A stretch of DNA of 64,000 nucleotides, from positions 27 to 64,026 of the forward strand of contig LUZN01000034.1 in assembly GCA_001603665.1 (NCBI GenBank), read 5' to 3'. Below the pieces are notes generated by a model. The model saw only the letters and a program-made list of their open reading frames with translations. It ran no database searches and was not told the DNA's origin. Numbering within the stretch: position 1 is the stretch's first letter; every line of letters begins with the position of its first letter. The translations under genes and the position numbers were made by a program. Source of the stretch: Bacteroidales bacterium Bact_22. GTDB taxonomy: Bacteria > Bacteroidota > Bacteroidia > Bacteroidales > F082. This document shows positions 27,988 to 36,648 of this stretch, in pieces.

Positions 27988-30183
27988 TTATTCACTAATA
28001 ATAACATTTCTCACTTCCCAAGTAGCCGATGCGCCGTCGATGCTCAGATATTTGAAAGCTATGCGGCATGTAGCGGTCTTGAATGCCTCCGGAATGGTAA
28101 TCCTGCCCGAGCTAACCCAAGCCCAGCCTGTTGTTGCGTGAACCACACCCGTCAGCTCCATCCACTGCACATCGTTAGGATTCTGACCTTCAGCGTAATT
28201 GTTGGTCACCCAAACAGTGTAATATCCTTCATTAACACCAACGTTGATGCTGCCCGCCGGACCTCTTGTGTGTTCGAATGTCAAGGCAGGACTGCTACTT
28301 GCGCTCAAATCGATTTCAGGACTGATGAACCAGTCTTCGTTGGCGTATGAAGTGTTGTTTTCAAAGCCCGACATCTGTGCACCGTAGTTTGCATGGGCTG
28401 AATCGAAATGCCAGACCTGCGTGCCTGCAACGCTGTAAGCTGTAAAGGTGTTAAAGCTAGCCTGCGATGTCAATGTTTGATTGAAATACTCAGTTCCGCC
28501 ACCGCCCGGCTCGATACCATAGCTGTTACCGTTGATCTCTGCATAAGTCACGTTCTTGACAGCAGCGACCTGGAAATATTTCTCCAAGGTACCATAAATG
28601 AGCACCTCCTGTTTGTAATTGCCTGGATTGTCGGCCAGATTAAGTCCATCACGCACGGCGCCTGCAGGCAACTGGATCGGGATGCACTCGTCAGCAGTTG
28701 TTGGGTCGACGTTCGACGACAGGATGATATTTGTTTTTACATCTCCGGCCGCACTTGTAAACACATATACATAATCTGCATCGACAAAGCCTACAATATA
28801 GTCTTTCACCCAGTATTTGTTACCGTCAGATGTCTGTGTGTTCATCGTGATGACATCCTGCGCGGTGTAAGGATTTTCGCGTGTTCCGTCGCCTGTCAGA
28901 GTGCCGCCTCCGCCACCACCGGCTTCGCCTTCCATGACAGCGATGCTCTTGATTTCGATGGTACGCGACTGCGTTGTCGACGACACGAACTTAATGGCGA
29001 ATGTCACCGTCTGTCCGATGTATTCGTCAAGACTAATCTCTTTATCCAAGAAATCGTTCCAACCTGCTGAGTTTTCAAATGTAACATTCAGATCTGTCCA
29101 GTTGGCGTTGGTTGGATCATCGCCATATTCATAATCAGCTGAGATTTGAGCTGTCACGTCTTTATCAGGACCGGTATATTGTGCGACATAATTCACTACA
29201 GCCTTGGCATGCTCTACATCAGCGATATGCACCGGTGATGAAATCAGCCAGTCTTCATTCTCATAGAAAGTATTGCCGACTTTACCTTTCATCACAGCTG
29301 TCGAATAGTCGATAGTCCAAACCTGATCGCCGACCACGCTGAAGGTTGTATAAGTGCCAAATGACGATGTAAACACCTGATTATAAGGCATTTCCATAAT
29401 ATCGCCGCCACCACCGCATCTGACATCATTCATCTTAACATCCGATGTGTTACGGATGAGCATCTGCCATGTTGTGTTGTAAACCGATGCAATAGCCGTC
29501 AGTGTTCCTCTTCCTTCTGGAAGCGGTTCGGCTGCAAAGCTGGCGTATCCACTGGTTCTCACGATGATACCCTCGCCAGAGCAAGTCACGAGATTTCTGT
29601 TTGTGTTGTTCTGACCCTCGGCGTATGTCAAGCCTTCATATGGCTCAAATTGCGCGTCGCTGATCTTCACGAGGTCGCAAAGATGCTTGCCGGCATTGAT
29701 ATCTTCGATAGTGGTGCTTATAGGACGAACCTTATCGTCGCAGCCTCTTTCGTAGATCACGATAAGCTTGTTGACATCGTGTTCCTGAACCTGAATCTGC
29801 GGAAGTTTGCTGTATTCCGAGATGATTGATCCATAGAGTTTATAACCGATATGGTCGCCGGTTTTGACGTTGAAGTCGTCGCTGCCGCCTTCGCTCGAGC
29901 CTTTTCTGTAAACAGCGATACATTTGCCGTCTTCACCTCTGAGATAGAAGGTACGATAGATGTTGCCACCTGTCTCGTCAGCGATAACATAACCTTTCAC
30001 TATGGCGTTCTTCTGAGAATCCTGGTTGAATGTGAAGGCTCCGTTGGCCAACGAGTCGAGAATCTGACCTACCGACCACACGTTATCCTCAGGAAATGAA
30101 GTAATATCCGGCTGGTCTAAGTTCTTCTTACATGAGACGAACACCAGCATTACACCTATTAATAATATAGCGAGTTTTTTCAT
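27988..30183 (-). CDS. Large modular surface lipoprotein (OB-fold-like module, two MAM/choice-of-anchor-J-like modules, DUF6359-like module)
   Basis: About 731 aa from the ATG at 30183 (the ORF-track start at 30201 is a TTG), with lipobox VFVSC. Modules are separated by oligo-Gly linkers. Confidence 0.55.
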   Translation of the reverse strand: MKKLAILLIGVMLVFVSCKKNLDQPDITSFPEDNVWSVGQILDSLANGAFTFNQDSQKNAIVKGYVIADETGGNIYRTFYLRGEDGKCIAVYRKGSSEGGSDDFNVKTGDHIGYKLYGSIISEYSKLPQIQVQEHDVNKLIVIYERGCDDKVRPISTTIEDINAGKHLCDLVKISDAQFEPYEGLTYAEGQNNTNRNLVTCSGEGIIVRTSGYASFAAEPLPEGRGTLTAIASVYNTTWQMLIRNTSDVKMNDVRCGGGGDIMEMPYNQVFTSSFGTYTTFSVVGDQVWTIDYSTAVMKGKVGNTFYENEDWLISSPVHIADVEHAKAVVNYVAQYTGPDKDVTAQISADYEYGDDPTNANWTDLNVTFENSAGWNDFLDKEISLDEYIGQTVTFAIKFVSSTTQSRTIEIKSIAVMEGEAGGGGGGTLTGDGTRENPYTAQDVITMNTQTSDGNKYWVKDYIVGFVDADYVYVFTSAAGDVKTNIILSSNVDPTTADECIPIQLPAGAVRDGLNLADNPGNYKQEVLIYGTLEKYFQVAAVKNVTYAEINGNSYGIEPGGGGTEYFNQTLTSQASFNTFTAYSVAGTQVWHFDSAHANYGAQMSGFENNTSYANEDWFISPEIDLSASSSPALTFEHTRGPAGSINVGVNEGYYTVWVTNNYAEGQNPNDVQWMELTGVVHATTGWAWVSSGRITIPEAFKTATCRIAFKYLSIDGASATWEVRNVIISE

Positions 30184-30202
30184 GATATTTTCTCCTTTCA
30201 AA

Positions 30203-32764
30203 TTAGTATCTTACTGTTAAACTTAAGAAAAAGTTAGTTCCATAAAGGTATGAATATTTCTCAGGGAAACGCTCAGGATCGTCGTAGTCGGAACGAAGCT
30301 GTTCGTAACCGTAGAGAACGATGTTCTTGTTGTTCAAGATGTTATTAACGCTGAGGTTGAGAAGGATGTAATATCCTTTGTAGTTCCACGACTTACCGGC
30401 GTAGAGGTCGAGTGTGAACGCGTTGTCGAGCTTCTTCTGCTTGAGAAGCAGGTCGGTGCGGTAGTCTTGCTCATACAGACCTGTGAAAGCGTCGGCGACG
30501 TGGTTTGTCGGGTTCACTGCGAGATAGTAATCGGCGAAATAGTTGGCGTTCATGCTGATCCACCAGTATTTCGGTGAGTTGTATTTCAAACCCACGGAGC
30601 CGACGGTCTGCGGCATCTCACCGGCGTAGTAGTTCTTGAGGTAAACGGTCTCGCCTTCGTAGATTGGACTTGCGTCGTTATCCTCGTAGACATACACCTT
30701 CGGACGGTTCGAGTAGCGGTGCTCGCCCACTGTGGCTGCGGCCTGTGCGCTGATTGTCGGCGTGATGTTGATGTCGGCGCCGAACTCGATACCTTGAGCG
30801 TACTGCTCGATATCGTTCATGATGTAGTTGACGTATTTACCTGTCGACTCGTAGTAGAACGAGCGGTTCCAGGTGAGGTCGTAGAACTGTGTTCTGTAGG
30901 CGCTCAAACGTGCTTTCATGAATGGTGAGCGGTATTCATAGCCGAGGTCGAAAGCGAAGATCTTCTCGTTGTCGACGTCGCTCACGATGGTGTTACGTAC
31001 ACGCGGTGCCACGAAGACACTTCTGAACTCAGGTGCTTCGCTCTTCAGCATGGCGTTGGCCACGATGTAGTTACGTCCGTTGATGGCGTAGCTGCCGCCG
31101 GCCTTGAAGCTGCCGTTGAGCTGGTTGAGTTTCTTGGAGTCGCCGTACGACTCGTCGCCGCGGAAGCGGCCGTTCTCGAAGTTACCTGTGCGGAACATCT
31201 GAGTGTAGGCAGCTTCAAGGCCGGCGTATGTCGACCAGCGGTTCTTAACCCATGTCAACTGGCTCCAAAGGATGAATTTGTTGACATTAGCGATGTAGTC
31301 GTAACCGATGACGTCGCCCACTTTCGCAACGTGGTTCTTGTTGCGGATGTTGTTCTGCTGCTCGTCGGAGATGTCGAAGGCCTCACCGTCGGCGTATTTG
31401 TCGATGTCGAGATAATACTCACCGCCGAGGAGGTCGGCGACTTTCTTGTAATAATGAGTCTTCGAGATTCCAGCCTTCAAACCTCCGTATAGATGGAGAT
31501 TCGGGTTGAATTCATATTTGAAATTGCTCGTCAGACCGTATTGTTGCTTGTCTTGACGGCGTTCTTCAATAATATATTTCGAGAAATAACCTTGAATCGT
31601 CTCGGTGCCATTGTTGGCATTATTGACAGTCTTGAGGTTTCTCAAGTTTGCCGCATACAGCTCGTCCCAATTGAGCTGATGCATATTTTCGTCGTTAATC
31701 CACTGTTGTGTATATTCCTGATAGCCTTCCCATGTGTAGCCTTCCTTGCCGAGGTCGAGCATATACTTGTAGTAGCTCGGCAGGTTACGGTAGTAGTCAG
31801 GACGCGGGTCGGCCGCCTCGCCCCACTCGAGCGATGTCGAACCACCTTTACCGAACCAGTAGTAAGCCGTGGTGTTGACCTGCAGCTTGTCGCTCGGCGT
31901 CCAGTAATGCTGAAGCTGGAACATCGGCTGGTGGTACGAGCTCACGCGGGCGTTACGCATGAAACGGCTGCCGTTCTCGTCGGTCTGCCAGCCCCAGTTC
32001 GGGTTGTAGTAGTTGGTGCCAAGTAGGTCGAACACCTCTTGCACTGCAGGCGACGAGCTGGCGCGCTCCGATGGTGAGCCAAACACCAGGAAGCCCAGCG
32101 AATGCTGCTTGTTGAGCTTCTTTTCAGCTGAGAAGAAATAGCTCGTCCCGGCGTACCATGTACCTTCCTGGAAGTTGATCTTGCTTCCCATCGGGGTGTA
32201 ACGTCCCGAGATGGATGCCGCGAAGGCCCAGCCGTTCTTCATCAAGCCGGTGCTGTATGTCGCCATGATACGGTGGTTATACGAACGGTTTGAGAACGAG
32301 TAGCTCGCCGATATCTGCTTGCGGTAGTTGCTGGCACGTGTCGAGATCGCCGTCACGCCGGCCGGACCGCCAAAGCTCTCGTAGGTGACGCCGCAGTTCA
32401 TGGTGATGACCGAGTTACGCATCACGTCGTTCAGACCACCCCAGTTGGAGTAGTACGGACGACCGCCGTCAGGGTCGTTCATCATCACACCGTTGATCAT
32501 CACGTCGGTGTATTTCGAGTCGTAAGCACGGATGCGGAACCTTCTTGAACTGAAGTTATATGCCGCGATGTTGTTGAAGGCATCGCGCGACGACTGAAGG
32601 AAGCTCGAGATGTCGGTCGAGCTGTTTGTCTCGTCGTAATCCGTGTCAATCATAATGATTGTAGGCAATGTGGTATTCTCACCGACGGTATCGGTGACTG
32701 CCTCCTGCGCTATCAGATGGTAACTGAACGCGACAGCTAGAATTAACAGTAGATACTTTTTCAT
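30203..32764 (-). CDS. TonB-dependent outer-membrane receptor (non-SusC type)
   Basis: 853 aa with signal peptide ...LIAQE, plug region (FRIRAYD...INGVMMND), a long barrel, and C-terminal ...FFLSLTVRY. Confidence 0.85.
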   Translation of the reverse strand: MKKYLLLILAVAFSYHLIAQEAVTDTVGENTTLPTIIMIDTDYDETNSSTDISSFLQSSRDAFNNIAAYNFSSRRFRIRAYDSKYTDVMINGVMMNDPDGGRPYYSNWGGLNDVMRNSVITMNCGVTYESFGGPAGVTAISTRASNYRKQISASYSFSNRSYNHRIMATYSTGLMKNGWAFAASISGRYTPMGSKINFQEGTWYAGTSYFFSAEKKLNKQHSLGFLVFGSPSERASSSPAVQEVFDLLGTNYYNPNWGWQTDENGSRFMRNARVSSYHQPMFQLQHYWTPSDKLQVNTTAYYWFGKGGSTSLEWGEAADPRPDYYRNLPSYYKYMLDLGKEGYTWEGYQEYTQQWINDENMHQLNWDELYAANLRNLKTVNNANNGTETIQGYFSKYIIEERRQDKQQYGLTSNFKYEFNPNLHLYGGLKAGISKTHYYKKVADLLGGEYYLDIDKYADGEAFDISDEQQNNIRNKNHVAKVGDVIGYDYIANVNKFILWSQLTWVKNRWSTYAGLEAAYTQMFRTGNFENGRFRGDESYGDSKKLNQLNGSFKAGGSYAINGRNYIVANAMLKSEAPEFRSVFVAPRVRNTIVSDVDNEKIFAFDLGYEYRSPFMKARLSAYRTQFYDLTWNRSFYYESTGKYVNYIMNDIEQYAQGIEFGADINITPTISAQAAATVGEHRYSNRPKVYVYEDNDASPIYEGETVYLKNYYAGEMPQTVGSVGLKYNSPKYWWISMNANYFADYYLAVNPTNHVADAFTGLYEQDYRTDLLLKQKKLDNAFTLDLYAGKSWNYKGYYILLNLSVNNILNNKNIVLYGYEQLRSDYDDPERFPEKYSYLYGTNFFLSLTVRY

Positions 32765-32783
32765 TTAACAAAATTTAATCGCA

Positions 32784-32791
32784 CAAATTTA
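32784..32791 (-). promoter_or_regulatory. -7 promoter box (TAAATTTG on minus strand) for TonB-dependent receptor operon
   Basis: Exact TAnnTTTG match 19 nt upstream of the ATG at 32764. Confidence 0.5.
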
Positions 32792-32869
32792 TGAAATTTT
32801 TCCTTATAAAAATAAAAAAGGTGAAAATTAATTTTTGATATTTTTTTCGTTTCTATGAAAATTTTTCAG

Positions 32870-32877
32870 TATATTTG
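32870..32877 (+). promoter_or_regulatory. -7 promoter box (TATATTTG) for EEP nuclease gene
   Basis: Exact match 25 nt upstream of the ATG at 32903; it lies inside the longer ORF starting at 32855. Confidence 0.5.
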
Positions 32878-32902
32878 TACCCAAATTCATTCTTTTAAAA
32901 TT

Positions 32903-33961
32903 ATGTTGAGAAAATTGAACATTTTGGCTGTCGTGATGTTGTTTTTCATCACCTCATTGAGCGCCCAACAGCAGTACAAGATGGGTATCGTGGGTTTTTA
33001 TAACCTTGAAAACCTTTACGACACGATTAACGACCCGCATAAGAACGACGAGGAATTTCTGCCTATGGGCAAAAATGCTTGGAACACCGAGAAATACACC
33101 ACAAAACTGCACAACATGGCCTACGCCATCTCGACCATCGGCGCCGACAAGAGCGACAAATACTATTCGCCCGACGGAGTGATGGTGCTCGGCGTCTCGG
33201 AGATTGAGAACCGCCAAGTGCTCGAGGACTTGGTGAAACAGCCGGAGATCGCCGACCGCAACTACCAGATTGTCCATTACGACTCGCCCGACCGTCGTGG
33301 TGTCGACGTGGCATTGCTCTACAACCCGAAATATTTCAAGGTTACCAACCATAAATCATACCGCCTCAATGTGCCCGGACAGCCTAACTTCATCTCGCGT
33401 GATCAGCTAGTTGTTACTGGCATTCTCGACGATGAAGAGTTCAGCTTTATCGTGATGCACTGGCCTTCACGTTACGGCGGCGAGAAACGCTCACTCCCCG
33501 GACGTATGGCAGCAGCAGGCCTATGCCGTCATATTGCCGACTCGATTCTGGCTGCAAAACCTAATGCGAAGATCGTGATGATGGGCGACTACAACGACTA
33601 CCCGACCAACAAGAGTATCATCGAGGGACTGCGTGCCAAGGGACGCGTCGAAGATATGAAAGGCGACGATTTCTTCAACCCGATGTGGAAGATGCATAAA
33701 AACGGCGAAGGCACCAACTACTACCGCGATGTGAAAGGCGTGCTCGACCAATGCATCATCACACCGGCATTGCTCAAAGATGAAAACGATCCATTTGCGA
33801 CATACCAGCTGTTCAAGCCGATGGTGCATTCGAAAGAATATCTCAAACAGCACGACGGCCGCTACAACGGCTATCCGTGGCGTTCGTTCGCGGGTGGTGT
33901 GTGGCTGGCTGGTTATTCCGACCACTTCCCAGTGTACCTTATTTTGCTGAAGAAAATATAA
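32903..33961 (+). CDS. Secreted endonuclease/exonuclease/phosphatase (EEP) family protein, probable extracellular nuclease
   Basis: Signal peptide MLRKLNILAVVMLFFITSLSAQ. Motifs GFYNLENLYD, HWPSR, GDYND and SDHFPV are typical of the EEP fold. Confidence 0.7.
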   Translation: MLRKLNILAVVMLFFITSLSAQQQYKMGIVGFYNLENLYDTINDPHKNDEEFLPMGKNAWNTEKYTTKLHNMAYAISTIGADKSDKYYSPDGVMVLGVSEIENRQVLEDLVKQPEIADRNYQIVHYDSPDRRGVDVALLYNPKYFKVTNHKSYRLNVPGQPNFISRDQLVVTGILDDEEFSFIVMHWPSRYGGEKRSLPGRMAAAGLCRHIADSILAAKPNAKIVMMGDYNDYPTNKSIIEGLRAKGRVEDMKGDDFFNPMWKMHKNGEGTNYYRDVKGVLDQCIITPALLKDENDPFATYQLFKPMVHSKEYLKQHDGRYNGYPWRSFAGGVWLAGYSDHFPVYLILLKKI

Positions 33962-33965
33962 TATT

Positions 33966-34007
33966 CGGCTGTTAGCTGTTGGCTATTGGCTGTTGGCCGT
34001 TGGCATT
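33966..34007. repeat. Heptad tandem array, six units of TGGCYRT (GGCTATT family)
   Basis: CGGCTGT TAGCTGT TGGCTAT TGGCTGT TGGCCGT TGGCATT lies between the convergent stop codons at 33961 and 34011. It is near-identical to the reverse complement of 47066-47107. Confidence 0.8.
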
Positions 34008-34010
34008 TTT

Positions 34011-36533
34011 TTATTCCTTAACGTATATTCGTTTTACCCTTTGGGAAATTCGCGTCATGATTTCGTATGGAATCGTGTGGCAGGCGTTTGCTATGATTTC
34101 AATCGGATGATTGTCGTCGAACAGCACCGCTGTGTCATCTTCCTGACAATCGATGCCAGTGACGTCGATCATGGTAAGGTCCATGCACACGTTACCGACG
34201 ATAGGTGCCGCCTTGCCGTTGACCCAGAAACAGGCGTTGCCGTTGCCCAGCTCACGACGCAACCCATCGGCATAACCTATCGGAATCACAGCTATTCTTG
34301 ATAGTTTGGTTATCTTTCCGTGGCGACCGTAGCCTATGGTCTCGCCAGGTCCGTATTCTTTAATCTGCTTGATGGTCGACTTCAGCGACATCACGTTGTG
34401 CAGCTTGCCGCGGTCTTCGTCGCAGACCGGCACGCCGTAGACGCCTATGCCCAAACGCACCATATCGTATTGATACTCAGTGAATCGCGTAATGCCGGCG
34501 GTGTTCAGCATGTGACGAATGATCTTGTACGGGAACGCTTTGATGATCTTCTGGCTCATCAGCTCGAACTGCTCCACCTGATGCATCACGAAGGCGTCTT
34601 CCTCAGGCATGTCGCTCGTCGCAAAATGCGAGAAAACACTCATAATCTTGATCTTCGGATTGGCTTTTATGCGCTCAATCAAAGCGTCGATATCGTCAGG
34701 TAGGAAGCCGAGACGGTGCATCCCGGTGTCGACTTTGATATGAATGCCGACAGGTTCTTTCAACTCCGTATCCAATTGATTTATAGCGTCTTCGAGTTGC
34801 GAAAGACAACGGAAACTGTAGATATCAGACTCCAATCCGTGTTTGATGATGATATCGAAGGTGTTTGTTTCGGGCGTCATCACCATGATTGGCAGTTTTA
34901 TGCCTTTATGACGCAGCTCCACTCCCTCGTCAGCATACGCAACCGTAAGATAATCAACATGATGGAAGGCCAGGACGTTTGAAACCTCGTAGTTGCCGCT
35001 ACCATAGGCGAAGGCCTTCACCATCACCATCATCTTAGTGTCTTTTTTCAGCTTTCCGCGATAATAGTTGAGGTTTTTGACTAGGTTGTCGAGGTTGATT
35101 TCTAGTATCGTCTCGTGCGACTTCTGCTGCAGCACCTTCATTATGCGCTCAAACTCGAAGCTACGCGCACCTTTCAGCAAAACTATCTGATTCTCAAACA
35201 TTTTCATCGGATGATTTGCAAGAAAATCAGAGGTTGATTCGTAAAAATATGATTGTATTTTCCTATTCAAATGAATTTTTGGTAAAGAGGATTTCTCGGC
35301 TCCACGTTGTTTCGCTCGAAATGACGAACACAATGATTCTCCGATGCCGATGAAAGTGTCAACACCTTTGTTTTCAATGAGTTGCGCAACGTTTTTGTAA
35401 AGGTCTTCTTCTTTTAATTCACTCTGAAGAATATCTGAAAGAATCAGTACCTTATTGTCATGATGCTGTGCGTTCATGAAGTCAAGGGCGATGGCGAGAG
35501 CGTTTCTGTCGTTGTTATACGAATCGTTGATAATCAGACAGTTACGAACACCAGCCTTGAGTTCCATTCGCATCTCCACAGCCTCAAGATGTGCCATACG
35601 CTCAGCGATGACGTCGTTCGGGAGACCCAACAACAGTGCCACACACCAGCAATTGATGGCGTTTTCTATCGAGGCGTCGTCAATAAACGGGATGGTGATG
35701 GAAATGGTTTTTCCTCGGAATATCGCCGAGATCTTAGAGTTCTCAGAGATCTCTATCGAGGAAACAAATAGATTTGCGCCCTTATCGATTTTGCTCCATG
35801 TAAATGAATTTTTCACATTTTTTACAACTATATCCGCAATTTCTACGATATCCATGCAAAAAATCAGGTTTTTGACCCCATCAAACAATTTGATTTTTTC
35901 TTCAATTTTCTGCTGAATATCCTTGAAATTCTTGCCGTGAGCGGGTCCGATATTGGTGAAAACGCCTATCGTCGGCTTGATGATGTCGCGCAGCTTCTCC
36001 ATCTCGCCCGGACGTGAAATGCCAGCCTCGAAAACCGCTACCTCATTCGACGAATTCATCTGCCAAACCGACAGTGGCACACCTATCTGCGAGTTGTAAC
36101 TCTTCGGACTGCGGCACACCGACATCGAAGGCGATAAAATCTGATAAAGCCACTCCTTGACCACTGTCTTGCCATTGCTTCCGGTGATTCCAACCACAGG
36201 AATATCGAACAGCGAACGATGATAGGCGGCCAACTTTTGCAAAGCCGAAAGGGTGTCGTCAACGGCGATAAAAACCGCGTCATCGCATCCGTTTTTCACG
36301 TAATTCTCGTTGACAACGAACGCTTTCACGCCTTTTTCATATAAATCGTTGATATATTTATGCCCGTCGTTTCTGCCGCCACTTAACGCGAAAAACAGCG
36401 TATTTTCTGCATCTACGAGCAATCGGCTGTCGAACAGAATATCTTTTACAATAATCGTATCCGATTGATTACCAATCAGTTGACCTCCAACAACCGAGAC
36501 TATCCGTTTTATCGTGTATCCTTCGTTTTGCAT
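34011..36533 (-). CDS. murF/alr: Bifunctional UDP-N-acetylmuramoyl-tripeptide--D-alanyl-D-alanine ligase / alanine racemase
   Basis: 840 aa. N-terminal Mur ligase (GITGSNGKTVVKEW). C-terminal PLP racemase (MVMVKAFAYGSG, ...YGVP..., VCMDLTMIDV). Confidence 0.9.
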   Translation of the reverse strand: MQNEGYTIKRIVSVVGGQLIGNQSDTIIVKDILFDSRLLVDAENTLFFALSGGRNDGHKYINDLYEKGVKAFVVNENYVKNGCDDAVFIAVDDTLSALQKLAAYHRSLFDIPVVGITGSNGKTVVKEWLYQILSPSMSVCRSPKSYNSQIGVPLSVWQMNSSNEVAVFEAGISRPGEMEKLRDIIKPTIGVFTNIGPAHGKNFKDIQQKIEEKIKLFDGVKNLIFCMDIVEIADIVVKNVKNSFTWSKIDKGANLFVSSIEISENSKISAIFRGKTISITIPFIDDASIENAINCWCVALLLGLPNDVIAERMAHLEAVEMRMELKAGVRNCLIINDSYNNDRNALAIALDFMNAQHHDNKVLILSDILQSELKEEDLYKNVAQLIENKGVDTFIGIGESLCSSFRAKQRGAEKSSLPKIHLNRKIQSYFYESTSDFLANHPMKMFENQIVLLKGARSFEFERIMKVLQQKSHETILEINLDNLVKNLNYYRGKLKKDTKMMVMVKAFAYGSGNYEVSNVLAFHHVDYLTVAYADEGVELRHKGIKLPIMVMTPETNTFDIIIKHGLESDIYSFRCLSQLEDAINQLDTELKEPVGIHIKVDTGMHRLGFLPDDIDALIERIKANPKIKIMSVFSHFATSDMPEEDAFVMHQVEQFELMSQKIIKAFPYKIIRHMLNTAGITRFTEYQYDMVRLGIGVYGVPVCDEDRGKLHNVMSLKSTIKQIKEYGPGETIGYGRHGKITKLSRIAVIPIGYADGLRRELGNGNACFWVNGKAAPIVGNVCMDLTMIDVTGIDCQEDDTAVLFDDNHPIEIIANACHTIPYEIMTRISQRVKRIYVKE

Positions 36534-36616
36534 ATCGCAAATTTACTAAAATTTTAACGTAAATCACTGATAATTATTTTTTTGAAAAAATATTTGTTTT
36601 TTTGAAACCTATTTTG

Positions 36617-36624
36617 TAATTTTG
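36617..36624 (+). promoter_or_regulatory. -7 promoter box (TAATTTTG) for pdxA
   Basis: Exact match 24 nt upstream of the ATG at 36649. Confidence 0.5.
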
Positions 36625-36648
36625 AAGGTTCAATTCTAGCGCCACATT

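Noticed and set aside
28496-29421. Oligo-glycine coding tracts as slipped-strand mutation hot spots
   Set aside because: At the nucleotide level the Gly codons are mixed (GGC/GGT/GGA/GGG), not homopolymeric or perfectly repeated, so they are more likely plain flexible linkers.
36534-36548. Near-matches to the -7 box for murF-alr (GTAAATTGC, minus strand) and for the tolC-like operon (GTTATTTTGC, minus strand near 57005-57014)
   Set aside because: Each is one base off the TAnnTTTG spacing or consensus. The murF-alr one is too close to the ATG, so neither is reported as a feature.
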